NCBI GenBank assembly: GCA_049512315.1
Contig: JBEKXF010000004.1
Coordinates: forward strand, 89,144-153,143
Direction of reading: 5' to 3'
Length of the DNA stretch: 64,000 nt
DNA from: Candidatus Aminicenantales bacterium
Lineage (GTDB): Bacteria > Acidobacteriota > Aminicenantia > Aminicenantales > Saccharicenantaceae
Shown here piece after piece: positions 14,577-25,255 of the stretch. How positions within the stretch are numbered: the stretch's first letter is position 1; each line of letters opens with the position of its first letter. The translations under genes were made by a program, and so were the position numbers. The notes below the pieces were generated by a model. It did not search any database and had not been told where the DNA came from. It saw only the letters and a program-made list of their open reading frames with translations.

Positions 14577-15119
14577 CTATTTCTTGACGTCTTCTTTCCT
14601 GGGCTCGACGGCCGCGTCCTCCTTGAAATCGATGAAGCGGGAGACGTCATAGACGCCGATGAGGACGGGCTGGGTGCCCTTGGACTGGGCGAAAAGCCGG
14701 ACCTCGGCCTGCTTCCAGCCCGGGTTGTCCTGGATGCTCTTGAGGTCCTTCCCGTCGACCCCGAAATTGCTTTTCAGGGCGATGACCTCGCTCTTGGCCG
14801 CGGGCGCGACGGCTTTGCCGCGGATCGCGGCCAGGAAGCAGTCGCCGAAGTTCTCGCGGTCGCCCTTAAAATTGAAAACCGCGTTGAAATTGACATAATT
14901 CATGGGCTTGGGGCTGAGATTCTTGACCCGGAAGGAGAGCACCGGGACAAGGATCAGCCGGGGTGGCCACTGCTGATAAAGCTTGGAAACCCACTTGGTC
15001 TCGATGTCGGTGATCTCAATGGAGGCCTTGAGCTTCTGGGGCGTCATGCGCGTGCAGCCCGCCTGGAAGAGCAGGGGCAGTGCTCCGAGGACAAGGACGA
15101 TCGCCGCGGTCTTCTTCAT
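14577..15119 (-). CDS. Hypothetical lipoprotein
   Basis: Hydrophobic N-terminus with QAGC lipobox; host-like codon usage. Confidence 0.7.
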   Translation of the reverse strand: MKKTAAIVLVLGALPLLFQAGCTRMTPQKLKASIEITDIETKWVSKLYQQWPPRLILVPVLSFRVKNLSPKPMNYVNFNAVFNFKGDRENFGDCFLAAIRGKAVAPAAKSEVIALKSNFGVDGKDLKSIQDNPGWKQAEVRLFAQSKGTQPVLIGVYDVSRFIDFKEDAAVEPRKEDVKK

Positions 15120-15218
15120 GGGATCTCTCCTCTCTAACCGTCTTCATGATAACGGACGGCTGGGAAATATTCAACTTGAAAACCGATCCGCGCGCTCAGA
15201 GAGAAAATAAAAGGCGGC

Positions 15219-17789
15219 TCAGGGAAGGCGATGGCTGTCGTTCCAAACGATATCGCCGCGCTCGAGGCCCCAATCGTCGCCGAACCAGCCGATCACCCGC
15301 ACTCCTTTAGTCCCCGCGCGCAGGGTTTCCGCCGAGAAGAGGAGGAGGTCGGGGAAGCCGGCCCCGGAGATGAAATACTGGCCGGGGGAGGCCGCGACCC
15401 AGCCGGCGGGCCCGGTCCAGGCGACCGCCCCGACCGAGGCCGTGTCGCTCCCGGGACGCGGCCGGACGAAATAGGCCGCGAGGTCCGGGCCGTCCAGGCG
15501 CTTTCCGCCGACCCGGGCCCATCCGTTCCGGATCTCGACGGGGCAGCCGGGGAGGAGCTTTGCCCAGGCGGCGTTCGTGTCGGCGTTCCCGTAGAGGATG
15601 ACGCTCCGGTCCCTGGCCTTGGCCGGGTCGAAGGCCGTGTCGGGCAGGAGCTCGACCCCGCCATTGCCCCGGACCCAGAACATCTCGGCGTCAAAACGCG
15701 CCTTGTTGAAAGCGCGGGCATCCTCGGCGGCGTCGCCGAGGGTGCCATAGACGAAGACAAACCCGTGCCGGAAGGCGTCCTTGAATCCGCCAGACCGGCA
15801 GGGGCCTTTGAGGCCCGGGTTGGGAGTCCCTGCCGTCCGCCAGCCATCCGGAGCGTGCTCGAGATAGAGCCGGGAAGTCCCCGGCGCCGGGGAAGCCTCG
15901 ACGCGCGAGCCGTCGAGCTCGACTTTCACGGTTTTGCCGGCCGGGAGGGCAGGAACCTCAAGCGCCAGGCGGAGGACGTTCTCTGTCGTTCCCTTGAACG
16001 TTGTCCCCGCTTCATCCTTTTCAACGGCGACCCGGCTGTATTCGAGCGGATGCGTCTGGGCCAGGACCTCGAGCCACCGCGAGCGTGATGAGATTCCGGG
16101 GTTGGCCGTCACGAATTCGACCCTGCGCGCCGTCGTATCCGCCGGCCGTATCCTTTCTTTAAGGAATGCGAAGAGGGGCGGCCAGTCGACGCACTCGCTT
16201 CCCCACCAGTGGCCGGCGCCCGGCCTTTCGTAGTAGGAGAAGTCAGGATGGAATTTTCCCAGGAGCTCCCGCATGAACCGGGCCTCCGTCACGGGCACGT
16301 TATCATCCTGGTCGCCGTGGAGGACATAGATCCCATAATGGAGGAAGTTGCGGGCCAGGGCCTCCGTTTCGCCCGGCCGGTTCGCCCGGGCCAGCATCTG
16401 CTCGACCGGCGTCGGGTCCTTATAGACCACGCCGCCCCCGTAGGAGGAGAAGCTGCGCCAGCCCGCGCTCGGGGCGATGGCTGCCCACAGGTCGGGGAGG
16501 GTGGCCCCGATCTGCCAGGTTCCGTGGCCGCCCATGGAATGGCCGGTCAGGTAAGTGCGTAACGGATCCGTCCCGAAGAGGCGGGACGCTTCGGCCAGGA
16601 CCTCGAGGGCATCGAGCCGGCCCCAATCCTCCCAGTCGAAACCGTACGGCCGCCTGTTCGTCGGGGCCACGATAAAGGCCCAATCCTTGGGCTTGTAGGC
16701 GCGGGCCTGGCCCAGGGCCTCGACCCCGGCCCCGTGGAGGGTCGTCAGGACGAGGGCTGGTCTGACCGTCTTCGACAGCGCCGCTGCCTCCCCGCCGAGC
16801 CGGGGTGCCACGGCGAAGAGCTGGACGCTCCGGTCGATCCCGCTGACGAAAGTCCGCACCTGATGGGCCGACGGCAGGACGGCTTTGAGCTCGATCGCGA
16901 AGGCCGGCGTCTCGACCGTCCGGCGGCCGGCGCGGGCCCGGGCCCGGAGCTCGAACCGGACCGTCCCCTCGACCGTCGGCCGAGCATCGATCGACAGGGG
17001 GACAGCCAGCTTCTGCGTCATCATGGGAGCGACGGACACATCCAGAGCGGCCCGGCCTTCGTGCCCGTTTAAGTGAAAGCTGACCTCGATCCTCTCCAGC
17101 CTGTCGCCCGAGGCATTGACCAGGCGGAGGCCCGTCCAGAGCGGTCCTTTTTCCCCGAGGACGATGTCGGGGAGCGTTGCGTCCGCGTCCGTGAAGAAGA
17201 CCGGCGCAGGCGGTTCGACGAGCCGGCCCCGGAAGCGGCCGCGCTCGCCTTTGAATAGCAGCTCGTTGCGGCCCTTGACGAGGCGCACCGGATGCCGGAC
17301 CCAGTCCGTCGCGTACTTTTCGCCGCCCCGGGGCTCGCCGTTGATACGGGCGACGTAATAGCTCGAGGCCTCGAGGATCATCGTCCTCGGCAGGGCCGAG
17401 CTTACGACCATGAAAAGATAGCCGCCCGCCAGTGCCTGGTCCTGGATCCAGCCGTCGGCCCCGGCCGCGACGCGGGCCCAACTTTGCGGCTGGCCGCTAT
17501 CGTTCGTGCCGATGACAAGTCCCTCATGCGGTGCGGCCATCTTTCCCGCGGCGATCTGCCAGGCGAGGAGGTCCGTGGGAACGGCGGAACGTCCGAAAGA
17601 GCCGATGGGACCGACGGCCAGACCCGCGGTGAGAGAAAGCTCCTTGGCCCCTGCGACGAGCTTGAGCTCGGGTGCGTTCAAACTCTGGACAGGGGAGGAA
17701 GGCTTTTGATTTCCAGTCCCAGCCGCTTCCGCGGCCAGGCATGCGCAAAGAACGATAAGGAAAGCTCTCCGGAGGCGGACGATCGACAT
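15219..17789 (-). CDS. Exported alpha/beta hydrolase (prolyl oligopeptidase/esterase-like)
   Basis: Signal peptide; YLTGHSMGGHG nucleophile, HGDQDDNVP, HWWG triad residues. Confidence 0.8.
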   Translation of the reverse strand: MSIVRLRRAFLIVLCACLAAEAAGTGNQKPSSPVQSLNAPELKLVAGAKELSLTAGLAVGPIGSFGRSAVPTDLLAWQIAAGKMAAPHEGLVIGTNDSGQPQSWARVAAGADGWIQDQALAGGYLFMVVSSALPRTMILEASSYYVARINGEPRGGEKYATDWVRHPVRLVKGRNELLFKGERGRFRGRLVEPPAPVFFTDADATLPDIVLGEKGPLWTGLRLVNASGDRLERIEVSFHLNGHEGRAALDVSVAPMMTQKLAVPLSIDARPTVEGTVRFELRARARAGRRTVETPAFAIELKAVLPSAHQVRTFVSGIDRSVQLFAVAPRLGGEAAALSKTVRPALVLTTLHGAGVEALGQARAYKPKDWAFIVAPTNRRPYGFDWEDWGRLDALEVLAEASRLFGTDPLRTYLTGHSMGGHGTWQIGATLPDLWAAIAPSAGWRSFSSYGGGVVYKDPTPVEQMLARANRPGETEALARNFLHYGIYVLHGDQDDNVPVTEARFMRELLGKFHPDFSYYERPGAGHWWGSECVDWPPLFAFLKERIRPADTTARRVEFVTANPGISSRSRWLEVLAQTHPLEYSRVAVEKDEAGTTFKGTTENVLRLALEVPALPAGKTVKVELDGSRVEASPAPGTSRLYLEHAPDGWRTAGTPNPGLKGPCRSGGFKDAFRHGFVFVYGTLGDAAEDARAFNKARFDAEMFWVRGNGGVELLPDTAFDPAKARDRSVILYGNADTNAAWAKLLPGCPVEIRNGWARVGGKRLDGPDLAAYFVRPRPGSDTASVGAVAWTGPAGWVAASPGQYFISGAGFPDLLLFSAETLRAGTKGVRVIGWFGDDWGLERGDIVWNDSHRLP

Positions 17790-17848
17790 CTTCGGCTCTC
17801 CTTTCGGACCGGGTCAGGCTAAGCGCCCGATGTCGCAGCGGCAGCAGT

Positions 17849-18262
17849 TCACTTCTGGGGCTTCTCTTTTTCGACGGAAAAGGTCCCCGTATATCCCGCC
17901 TGGGTGAAGTCCCCGGTGACCTTCGTCCCCGTCTTGTCCAGGGTCCCCTTGAAGGTCGGGTTCCCCTGGGCGGCCAGGTCCGCGATGATGAAGGAGATGT
18001 TCTTTCCCTCGATCTTGATGTCGCCCAGGTTGAGGCCGGCGGCGCCCTGGGTGATGGAATCGAAGGTCCCCTTGATCTTCTTGGCCTCGTCCAGGGTGAA
18101 CACGAAGCGGACCTCGAGCGTCTGGGTCATGATGCTGATATTGCCCTTCCACGAGCCCAGAAACTGTCTCTCGCCCTGGGCCTGGGCCACCGAGGCCAGG
18201 GACAAGAGGGCGAGGATGACGACGGCGAGAGCGGATCGCCCGGACATTTTGTTTTTTTTCAC
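17849..18262 (-). CDS. Hypothetical exported beta-strand protein
   Basis: Signal peptide; FLGSWKG...GTFDSITQGA...FKGTL...GDFTQ resembles domains usually fused to hydrolases. Confidence 0.7.
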   Translation of the reverse strand: MKKNKMSGRSALAVVILALLSLASVAQAQGERQFLGSWKGNISIMTQTLEVRFVFTLDEAKKIKGTFDSITQGAAGLNLGDIKIEGKNISFIIADLAAQGNPTFKGTLDKTGTKVTGDFTQAGYTGTFSVEKEKPQK

Positions 18263-18344
18263 GGCGCACTCCTCCGAACCGGATTTCGAGGACCCATCAT
18301 AAATCGGGAGGGCCGCTCGTGCAATAGACCTGAGCCCCCCGGCC

Positions 18345-21300
18345 TTATCTCTTCACCGGCCCCAGGTACTTGTCGAGCCAGGCCAGGGTTTCCTTGATCA
18401 TTTCGTTGACGGGCGGGATATGGTCGGTTTCGTAAAATTTCTGATCCTTGTCCTTGGCCGGAGTTCCCAAAAGAACAAACATCGGCTTTGATGATGTCTC
18501 TGGCGGAAAAAACGAGTCGTACTTGCCGTTCAACATCAGCGTAGGCGATTTCACCCGGGTCACATAATTGATTTGATTCACCTCCAGGCGTCCCTGTCCC
18601 CCTACGCCGAAGCCTCCGGCCAATAGAACGTTGGCCTTGAGGCGCTCCTCCACGGCCAGGATGATGGGCGCGAGGTTCGACCCGTAGCTCATCCCGTAAA
18701 AAGCGAGCTTCCGGCTATCGATATCCGGACGGGTTTCGAGATAGTCGATGGACCTTCTGAGGTCCTTGACCTGCTGAATGAAGACTTCTCTCCACTGCAC
18801 GGACGTCCAGTTGCCCTCGATGATGGGAATCAAGGCGTCATTCCCGCGCTCGAAGAATCCCTTATAGACGGGATAGAGGACTGCCCGGCCGTTTTTGACG
18901 AGAAAAGAAAAGAACATGGGAACTTCATAATAATTCTCGATGTCCTGGCTCGACCGCTGAAACACGGGAGCGTCGCCGCCCATATAGATGACGGTCTGAT
19001 AAGGCGGCGCGGCGTTCCTGGGAAGGAAGAGATAGGCCATGACCCGTTCGCCGTCATAGGCGGCTTCGAAGCTGATCTTCTCCAGGGTCCATTCGGGGCT
19101 TTCCTTCCTCGATTCCACGCGGGTCTTCAAATCGGTTTTGTCGTAGGAAAACTGTTCCCTGTAAACCTGGAAAACGGAATCGGGAACCGGCTTCTGCTTG
19201 GCGAAACTTTCTGTTTCGCCGGTTATAGGAAGGCCCAAGGACCTGATCATTTGAAAGGCGGTCCCTGGAATTTTTTCCGGCTCAGGATAAAGAGCGCAGC
19301 GGAGTCCGTTCTTGGCGGAACGGTCCATGGCCGGCGCTTGACTCATATTATCGAACATGTAGGTGTTTTCCCCCCAGGCGCCACCCCTGATCACGCGTCC
19401 TTTCGACGTTTCATTCCAGCACCATTCTCTCACGTTCCCGGCCATGTCAGAGGCGCCGTAAGCCGTTACCCCCGGAAGGCTCCCCACCGAAACCGGGCCC
19501 TTCCCCAGGAAATTGCTGAAGGGGGCGAATATGGCAAAACCTCCGAGCTGGGGGAGTTGGATCATCGGAGTGTATTCGCCTCTCGCGATGCCCCAATGGA
19601 TCCCCGTCGGCAGGCTCTTCCCGGCGAATTCCGCATAGGCGGCCGCCTCGTACCAGCTGATGCCCGACACCGGATAATTGCCTTGGCCCTCGGGAAAATC
19701 CCCGGCCTGCCAACCGGACGGACCAGGCAGACCCGTTTGATCGACGAATCCCTTGAGCGCTTCTTCCCAGGTCAGCTCTTTTCCGTCCTTGATGAATTTC
19801 TGCGTCCAGCATTTTTTGTTCCGGTATCCGCCTCCGTTGACGAATTCCTTATATTGCTTGTTGGTGACCTCATATTTATCGATATAGAAATCCGCCAGCT
19901 TCCCGACGGGCGTTTCCGCTCCCGTCACCCGCACCATGCCCGGCGAAATGCTTTCCTTTTTGTCCAGGATTCTCAGGAGATCATTGGGAACGACAATGTC
20001 GGCTTTCGTAATATCGCCATTCCAAGTGGAAGCCGCGGCCAGGACGGTTTCATAACCCTCCTTTTCCATTTTCCAGCGGAAGATCCCGATCGGCAGCCGG
20101 ATCTTTTCGACGGGTGATACGCCCAGATAGGTCCATTCGCTCGCCGGAGCCGCATATTCTTTCATGAAGATCTTCGCGCCCGGAGGTTCGGTTTTGATAG
20201 TGACCTTCAAGGAGCATTTCGCAAAAAGCGCGGCCAGCTTGGGATCACGCGGGATGTAAGCTTCCGCTTTCTCCGCGAGTCGATAGACGGGCACGAGATT
20301 ACGCCAACAATCATTGCCCTCGACAGCTTTCTTGATCTCGGGAAGGGCGACGTCCCGCGCCCAGCGGACCTGAGCTTGGTGTTTGAAAAACCGCGCTCCG
20401 AGAAAAGTCAAGGCGGCCAGAACGGCCATGGTCGGAACAACGACCCGGGGCTTGCGGAGGAGGCGGCCGAGCGTTTTCAGGTTCAGAACGCCGGATTCTG
20501 CGAGCTGAAGGCTCGTCTGATAGGCCCTCAGATCCTTGAGCATCTCTTCCGCTGATCCGTAGCGGGCCTCGCGGTTCTTCTTGAGGGCCCGGGCGATGAC
20601 CTGCTGCAACTCGACCGGCACCGGGGGTTTCCGCAGCTTGAGAGACTTCGGCTCCTCGTGGACGATCGAATAGATGATGGAGACGTCTCTCTCGCCTTTG
20701 AACGGAAGTTCGCCGGTCAGCATCTCATAGAAGACAACACCGAGCGACCAGATGTCCGTGCGGCCGTCCAGCTCATCGCCCCGGGCCTGCTCCGGCGACA
20801 TGTAGGCCACCGTGCCCAGCGTCGTCTGGCTCTTGGTCAGCGAGCTCCCGCCCCGCAGCTTGGCCAACCCGAAATCCATAACCTTGGCTTGGCCTTTTTC
20901 CGTCACCATGATATTCGCGCCCTTGATGTCGCGGTGGATGATGCCCTTGCGGTGGGCTTCGTCCAGGCCGGCGGCGATCTGGCTTGTGATCGCCAAGGCA
21001 TCCTCGGTCTTCAGGGGCCCCTTCTTGATCTTGTCCCGGAGCGTTTCCCCTTCGACGTACTCCATAGCGATGTAGGGACGTTCTTCGCTCTCCCCGACCT
21101 CATGGATGACGCAGATGTTCGGGTGGGAGAGGGCCGCGGCCGCCTGGGCTTCGATGAGGAACCGCTCCTTGAGCTCGGGCGAGTTCATCAGGTGGGGCGG
21201 GAGGAACTTCAGGGCGACTAACCGCTTGAGCTTGAGGTCCTCCGCCTTGTAGACGACCCCCATCCCCCCGCGTCCAATCTCCTCAATGATCCGATATTTT

Positions 21301-21464
21301 CCGGCGATGAGGCTGTCCTTCGATACGGCATAAGCGGGGGTTTCGATGGTTTTCGTCAGGGAGATCGTGGGCGACCCCGCCTGGCTCAAGAGCGTCGCAC
21401 AGTTGTTGCAGAACCTTGAGTTGTCGTTATTCTCGGAATGGCACTTCGGGCACTCGACGGGCAT
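18345..21464 (-). CDS. Ser/Thr protein kinase fused to FGE/SUMF1-like domain and alpha/beta hydrolase
   Basis: Zn-ribbon CPKC..CNNC; GRGGMGVVY, VALK, HRDIK, DFG; TM; FYIDKYEVTNKQY and DMAGNVREW (FGE); GMSYG, GKYD, TDH triad. Confidence 0.9.
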   Translation of the reverse strand: MPVECPKCHSENNDNSRFCNNCATLLSQAGSPTISLTKTIETPAYAVSKDSLIAGKYRIIEEIGRGGMGVVYKAEDLKLKRLVALKFLPPHLMNSPELKERFLIEAQAAAALSHPNICVIHEVGESEERPYIAMEYVEGETLRDKIKKGPLKTEDALAITSQIAAGLDEAHRKGIIHRDIKGANIMVTEKGQAKVMDFGLAKLRGGSSLTKSQTTLGTVAYMSPEQARGDELDGRTDIWSLGVVFYEMLTGELPFKGERDVSIIYSIVHEEPKSLKLRKPPVPVELQQVIARALKKNREARYGSAEEMLKDLRAYQTSLQLAESGVLNLKTLGRLLRKPRVVVPTMAVLAALTFLGARFFKHQAQVRWARDVALPEIKKAVEGNDCWRNLVPVYRLAEKAEAYIPRDPKLAALFAKCSLKVTIKTEPPGAKIFMKEYAAPASEWTYLGVSPVEKIRLPIGIFRWKMEKEGYETVLAAASTWNGDITKADIVVPNDLLRILDKKESISPGMVRVTGAETPVGKLADFYIDKYEVTNKQYKEFVNGGGYRNKKCWTQKFIKDGKELTWEEALKGFVDQTGLPGPSGWQAGDFPEGQGNYPVSGISWYEAAAYAEFAGKSLPTGIHWGIARGEYTPMIQLPQLGGFAIFAPFSNFLGKGPVSVGSLPGVTAYGASDMAGNVREWCWNETSKGRVIRGGAWGENTYMFDNMSQAPAMDRSAKNGLRCALYPEPEKIPGTAFQMIRSLGLPITGETESFAKQKPVPDSVFQVYREQFSYDKTDLKTRVESRKESPEWTLEKISFEAAYDGERVMAYLFLPRNAAPPYQTVIYMGGDAPVFQRSSQDIENYYEVPMFFSFLVKNGRAVLYPVYKGFFERGNDALIPIIEGNWTSVQWREVFIQQVKDLRRSIDYLETRPDIDSRKLAFYGMSYGSNLAPIILAVEERLKANVLLAGGFGVGGQGRLEVNQINYVTRVKSPTLMLNGKYDSFFPPETSSKPMFVLLGTPAKDKDQKFYETDHIPPVNEMIKETLAWLDKYLGPVKR

Positions 21465-21477
21465 GGCTCCCCTCCGC

Positions 21478-23979
21478 CTATTTCTTTTCACTCCCCTCGA
21501 GCTTCAAGCGGCGAAAAAGAGCCTGAAAGCGCGGTTCGGACCGGAGGGAGTCGTACTGCGGCAACCGGAGATAGGGCAGGTTCGGATCGCGAGCTTCGTA
21601 GGCCCGCTCGAGCCACTCCAGGGCGTGGTCCTTGTCGCCGGCATAAATGTATAGAGGGGCGACCTCAGTCGGGAACGCCAGATTTTCGCGGGCGCGGACC
21701 GCAAGAATTTCGGCGCCACGCCTCGCCGCTCCCGGGAAGCCGGCCTCGGCAAATCCCCGGTCCAGCGCCGAATCCAGATCAGGGATCTGACGAATTTTGA
21801 TGTTGTCTTTGAGTGCCGCGAGAGCCTCTTTGCCCATTCCCTTGCCCGCATAGAGTTCGATGAGCTCCCCGATGGCGACGGGATTGTCCGGCTGCAGCGC
21901 CTGCGCCTTACGGACCTGGGCGATGGCATCGTCATAGCGCCTCGCGAACTCGAGGTCGACGACGTAGAAGCTCTGGACCTGGACGTTGAACGGGTCGAGC
22001 TTTAGGGCGCGCTCGATCTGCCTCATGGCCTCTTCCGGACGGCCCATGATCATCAGGAAGTGCGAGTACATGGCCAATCCTTCCGGGTTATTGGGATTGA
22101 GCTCGACCGCGCGTGCCCATTCCGTCCCGGCCGCGGGCATGTTCCAATCGGCCCAGGTGTAGACGGACGCCAGCGCGTAATGCGACTCGGCCAATGTGTC
22201 ATCGAGCGCCACAGCCTTGAGCGCCGCCGCCTTCATCTTCGGCACGGCCTCGCTCGGGGGAGACATCCCATTCTGGTTCCGGCAGGACCAGACCCAGGCG
22301 ATGCCCGCGTAGGCGGCGGCGTAAATCGGGTCTTTCTGAAGGGCCAGCTCGAAGTACCGTTCCGCCGTGTCGAGGTCCCCTTTCGTCATCCTGACCCAGT
22401 ATTGGGAACCCTTGATATACGCGTCATAGGCCTCGGGGTCGACCGTTCGGGATTTCGCCAAGCGTGCCTGCTCGGCCGGGAGGAGCTTGACGGCCAGCGC
22501 CCCGGCCACCTCTTTGGCCACGTCGTTCTGAAGGTCCAGGATGCCGGACATTTCTCGATTGAAAGTATCAGCCCAGACCTGTGTTTGGTTCCGCACCCTG
22601 ATCAGCTCAGTCGTGATCCGGACCCGGGTTCCTTCACGCTGCGCGCCCCCCTCGAGCACATAGTCGACCCCGAGCTCGCGGCCGATCCGATCGATGGGCG
22701 TATTCGTTTTCTTATAACGACCCACAGACGTGTTCCCGATCACGCCGAGTATCTGCGGGTTGAGACTGCTGATCTGCGTATTGATCTCCTGCGTCAGGCC
22801 GTCGCTGAAGTACTCCTGCTGGGAGTCGCCTGTCAGATTCTTGAATGGAAGCACGGCCAGCTTGATGCTTCGCGTCGGAGCGGCTCGGCCGAGTATCCGA
22901 TCCCGCAGTCCCCCGACATTGAAACCGACAAGAAGAATCAGTGCGATCCCCATGACGCCATACACATACGCCGTTCTTAATCCAAGAATCCTGCGTGCCG
23001 CGCGCCTGGCTTTGGCCCTGAGAGGCTTCAGGCCTTCCCTGACGGCCTCGACGTCTTCGCGAAACTCCCCCATAGTCTGATAGCGATCGGCCGGCTTCTT
23101 GACCAGGGCCTGGCCGACGATCTGGTCCAACTCGGCCATCGCGTCGGCAGGGGCCTTTTTCAGGGGCTGCGGCTCTTCATGGAGGATCGAGTAGATCACC
23201 GCCTGGTCGTGGTCTCCCCGGAACGGCAGCTTCCCGGTGAGCATTTCGTAGAGGACGACGCCCAGAGACCAGATGTCGGTGCGATGGTCCAGATCGCCGC
23301 CCCGGGCCTGTTCCGGCGACATGTATGCGACCGTGCCGAGCGTCGTCTGGCTCTTCGTGAGCGAGCTCCCGCCCTGGAGTTTCGCCAGCCCGAAGTCCAT
23401 GACCTTGGCCTGGCCTTTCTCCGTCACCATGATGTTCGCGCTCTTGATGTCCCGGTGAATGATGCCCTTGTGGTGGGCCTCGGCCAGGCCGGCGGCGATC
23501 TGGCTGACGATACCGAGGGCTTCTTCTGACTTCAACGGCCCCTTATGGATCTTGTCCCGGAGCGTCTCCCCTTCCACGTATTCCATGGCGATATAGGGAC
23601 GTTCCTCGCTTTCCCCGACCTCGTGAATGACGCAGATATTCGGGTGGGACAGGGCCGCGGCCGCCTGGGCCTCGATCAGGAAGCGCTCCTTGAGCTCGGG
23701 CAAGTTCATCAGGTGGGGTGGAAGGAACTTCAGGGCCACGCATCGTTTGAGCTTGATGTCCTCGGCCTTGTAGACGATGCCCATACCGCCCTGGCCGATC
23801 TCCTCGATAATTTTGTACTTACCGGCGACGAGGCTGCCCGTTTTCAATACCTGGAGAGGCGTCTCGAGGGTCTTCGTCAGGGACGCACCCTCCGGGCCCG
23901 CCTGGCCCAGGGGCGTGGCGCAGTTGCTGCAGAACCGGGAATTGTCGTTATTCTCGGCGTGACAGCGCGGACATTTCAT
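21478..23979 (-). CDS. Ser/Thr protein kinase with TolB-N-like and TPR C-terminus
   Basis: CPRC..CSNC ribbon; kinase motifs; TM; LAVLPFKNLTGD..QEYFSDG; TPRs. Confidence 0.92.
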   Translation of the reverse strand: MKCPRCHAENNDNSRFCSNCATPLGQAGPEGASLTKTLETPLQVLKTGSLVAGKYKIIEEIGQGGMGIVYKAEDIKLKRCVALKFLPPHLMNLPELKERFLIEAQAAAALSHPNICVIHEVGESEERPYIAMEYVEGETLRDKIHKGPLKSEEALGIVSQIAAGLAEAHHKGIIHRDIKSANIMVTEKGQAKVMDFGLAKLQGGSSLTKSQTTLGTVAYMSPEQARGGDLDHRTDIWSLGVVLYEMLTGKLPFRGDHDQAVIYSILHEEPQPLKKAPADAMAELDQIVGQALVKKPADRYQTMGEFREDVEAVREGLKPLRAKARRAARRILGLRTAYVYGVMGIALILLVGFNVGGLRDRILGRAAPTRSIKLAVLPFKNLTGDSQQEYFSDGLTQEINTQISSLNPQILGVIGNTSVGRYKKTNTPIDRIGRELGVDYVLEGGAQREGTRVRITTELIRVRNQTQVWADTFNREMSGILDLQNDVAKEVAGALAVKLLPAEQARLAKSRTVDPEAYDAYIKGSQYWVRMTKGDLDTAERYFELALQKDPIYAAAYAGIAWVWSCRNQNGMSPPSEAVPKMKAAALKAVALDDTLAESHYALASVYTWADWNMPAAGTEWARAVELNPNNPEGLAMYSHFLMIMGRPEEAMRQIERALKLDPFNVQVQSFYVVDLEFARRYDDAIAQVRKAQALQPDNPVAIGELIELYAGKGMGKEALAALKDNIKIRQIPDLDSALDRGFAEAGFPGAARRGAEILAVRARENLAFPTEVAPLYIYAGDKDHALEWLERAYEARDPNLPYLRLPQYDSLRSEPRFQALFRRLKLEGSEKK

Positions 23980-24071
23980 GTCCCCGTCTCCCTTTTCAAC
24001 AGTTGGGGGAAAGATAACACCCAAATAGAGGCTAGTCAACGGGAAGTCGCGAGTCGCTCACCCGACAGGCG

Positions 24072-25241
24072 TCAGACGATATCCGGCAGGTCATACTCTC
24101 CGAGCCGGAGCGGGTAGCGGCCGTACTCGCGGACGAGATTGACGACATACTCATAATTCTGGGCCGGGACGTTGCCGGGCACCGAGTGGTCGGATTGGAA
24201 GATGTAGCCGCCGCCCTTGGCCGCGTTCAGCTTGGTGAGGACGACGCGCTTGAGCTCCTCCTCCGAGCCCTGGGCCCAGGTCAGGACGTCCATGTTGCCG
24301 CAGAAAGCGATCCCATGCCTGTATTCCCGTCGCAGCTCGACGACGTCCAGCCCGGCCTTGGCCTCGAGCGGGTTAACGGCATCGACGCCGATCTCGACGA
24401 AATCGCCCAAGATGCGCCGGACGTCGCCGCAGCCGTGATAGATCACGGGCAGGCCGTTGGCGTGGCACTCGTCAACGATGTCCTTGACGACGGGCTTGAA
24501 GTACCTCCGCCAGTAAGCGGGCGAGAATAAAAGGTCGTTGCGGTAGGCAACGTCCCCCCAGATGACCAGGCCGTCGAGAAGGCCGCCCGAGGCCTGGATC
24601 TGGGCTTGCGTCAAGCCCAGCGCGAACTCGCCGATCCGCTCGACGAACCGCCCGACCTCGTCGGGATAGAGCCCGATCCAGAGCAAGGCGTTTTCCAGGC
24701 CGACCGTCCGCCACAGCAGCTCCTGGGCCTCGCAGACGCTCCCGTAGACGGGGATATCGGGGTGGAGCGACCGGACCGTCTCGATCCAGGCGGGAGAGTT
24801 CCGGGTGAAGCCGTCGCCCATTCCGGCGAGCTGGTTGTCGCCGGCGCCGAAGTAGCGGCGATCGTCCCACGGGTCGTCGAACTGGAAGGCCTTCATCTTC
24901 TCGATCGTGTCCGTGTCGAACCTGAGGAAGGCCGGCATCGGGTCGGCAAAGTTCTTCCGGATCACGGCCTCGAACCCCGTCCGGACGACGACGTGCTCCC
25001 GGGTTTCCTCGATCGTTTCGAACGGCTTGATATGCGGATCCATGTTGGGCACGGTGACGGTCCAGTCGAGGTCGTAGTACCGATAGATGTCCGTATCCGC
25101 GGGCAGGCCCAGCTCCCTCCGCCAGCGCTCGAGAAAACTACCCCAAAAAATATCGCTGATGGGGACGCGGTCCGCCTCCCGGTGGCCGAGCGTTTTCGTC
25201 ATCCGGTCGAGCTTGGCGAGGCAGTTGGCCGAGCGTTCCAT
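24072..25241 (-). CDS. Uroporphyrinogen decarboxylase / MtaA-CmuA family protein
   Basis: EADRVP N-terminus, WGDVAY...FSPAYWRRYFKP, YHGCG, NPLE, GGGYIFQSDHSV. Confidence 0.8.
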   Translation of the reverse strand: MERSANCLAKLDRMTKTLGHREADRVPISDIFWGSFLERWRRELGLPADTDIYRYYDLDWTVTVPNMDPHIKPFETIEETREHVVVRTGFEAVIRKNFADPMPAFLRFDTDTIEKMKAFQFDDPWDDRRYFGAGDNQLAGMGDGFTRNSPAWIETVRSLHPDIPVYGSVCEAQELLWRTVGLENALLWIGLYPDEVGRFVERIGEFALGLTQAQIQASGGLLDGLVIWGDVAYRNDLLFSPAYWRRYFKPVVKDIVDECHANGLPVIYHGCGDVRRILGDFVEIGVDAVNPLEAKAGLDVVELRREYRHGIAFCGNMDVLTWAQGSEEELKRVVLTKLNAAKGGGYIFQSDHSVPGNVPAQNYEYVVNLVREYGRYPLRLGEYDLPDIV

Positions 25242-25255
25242 CGTGGTCTTTCCGC

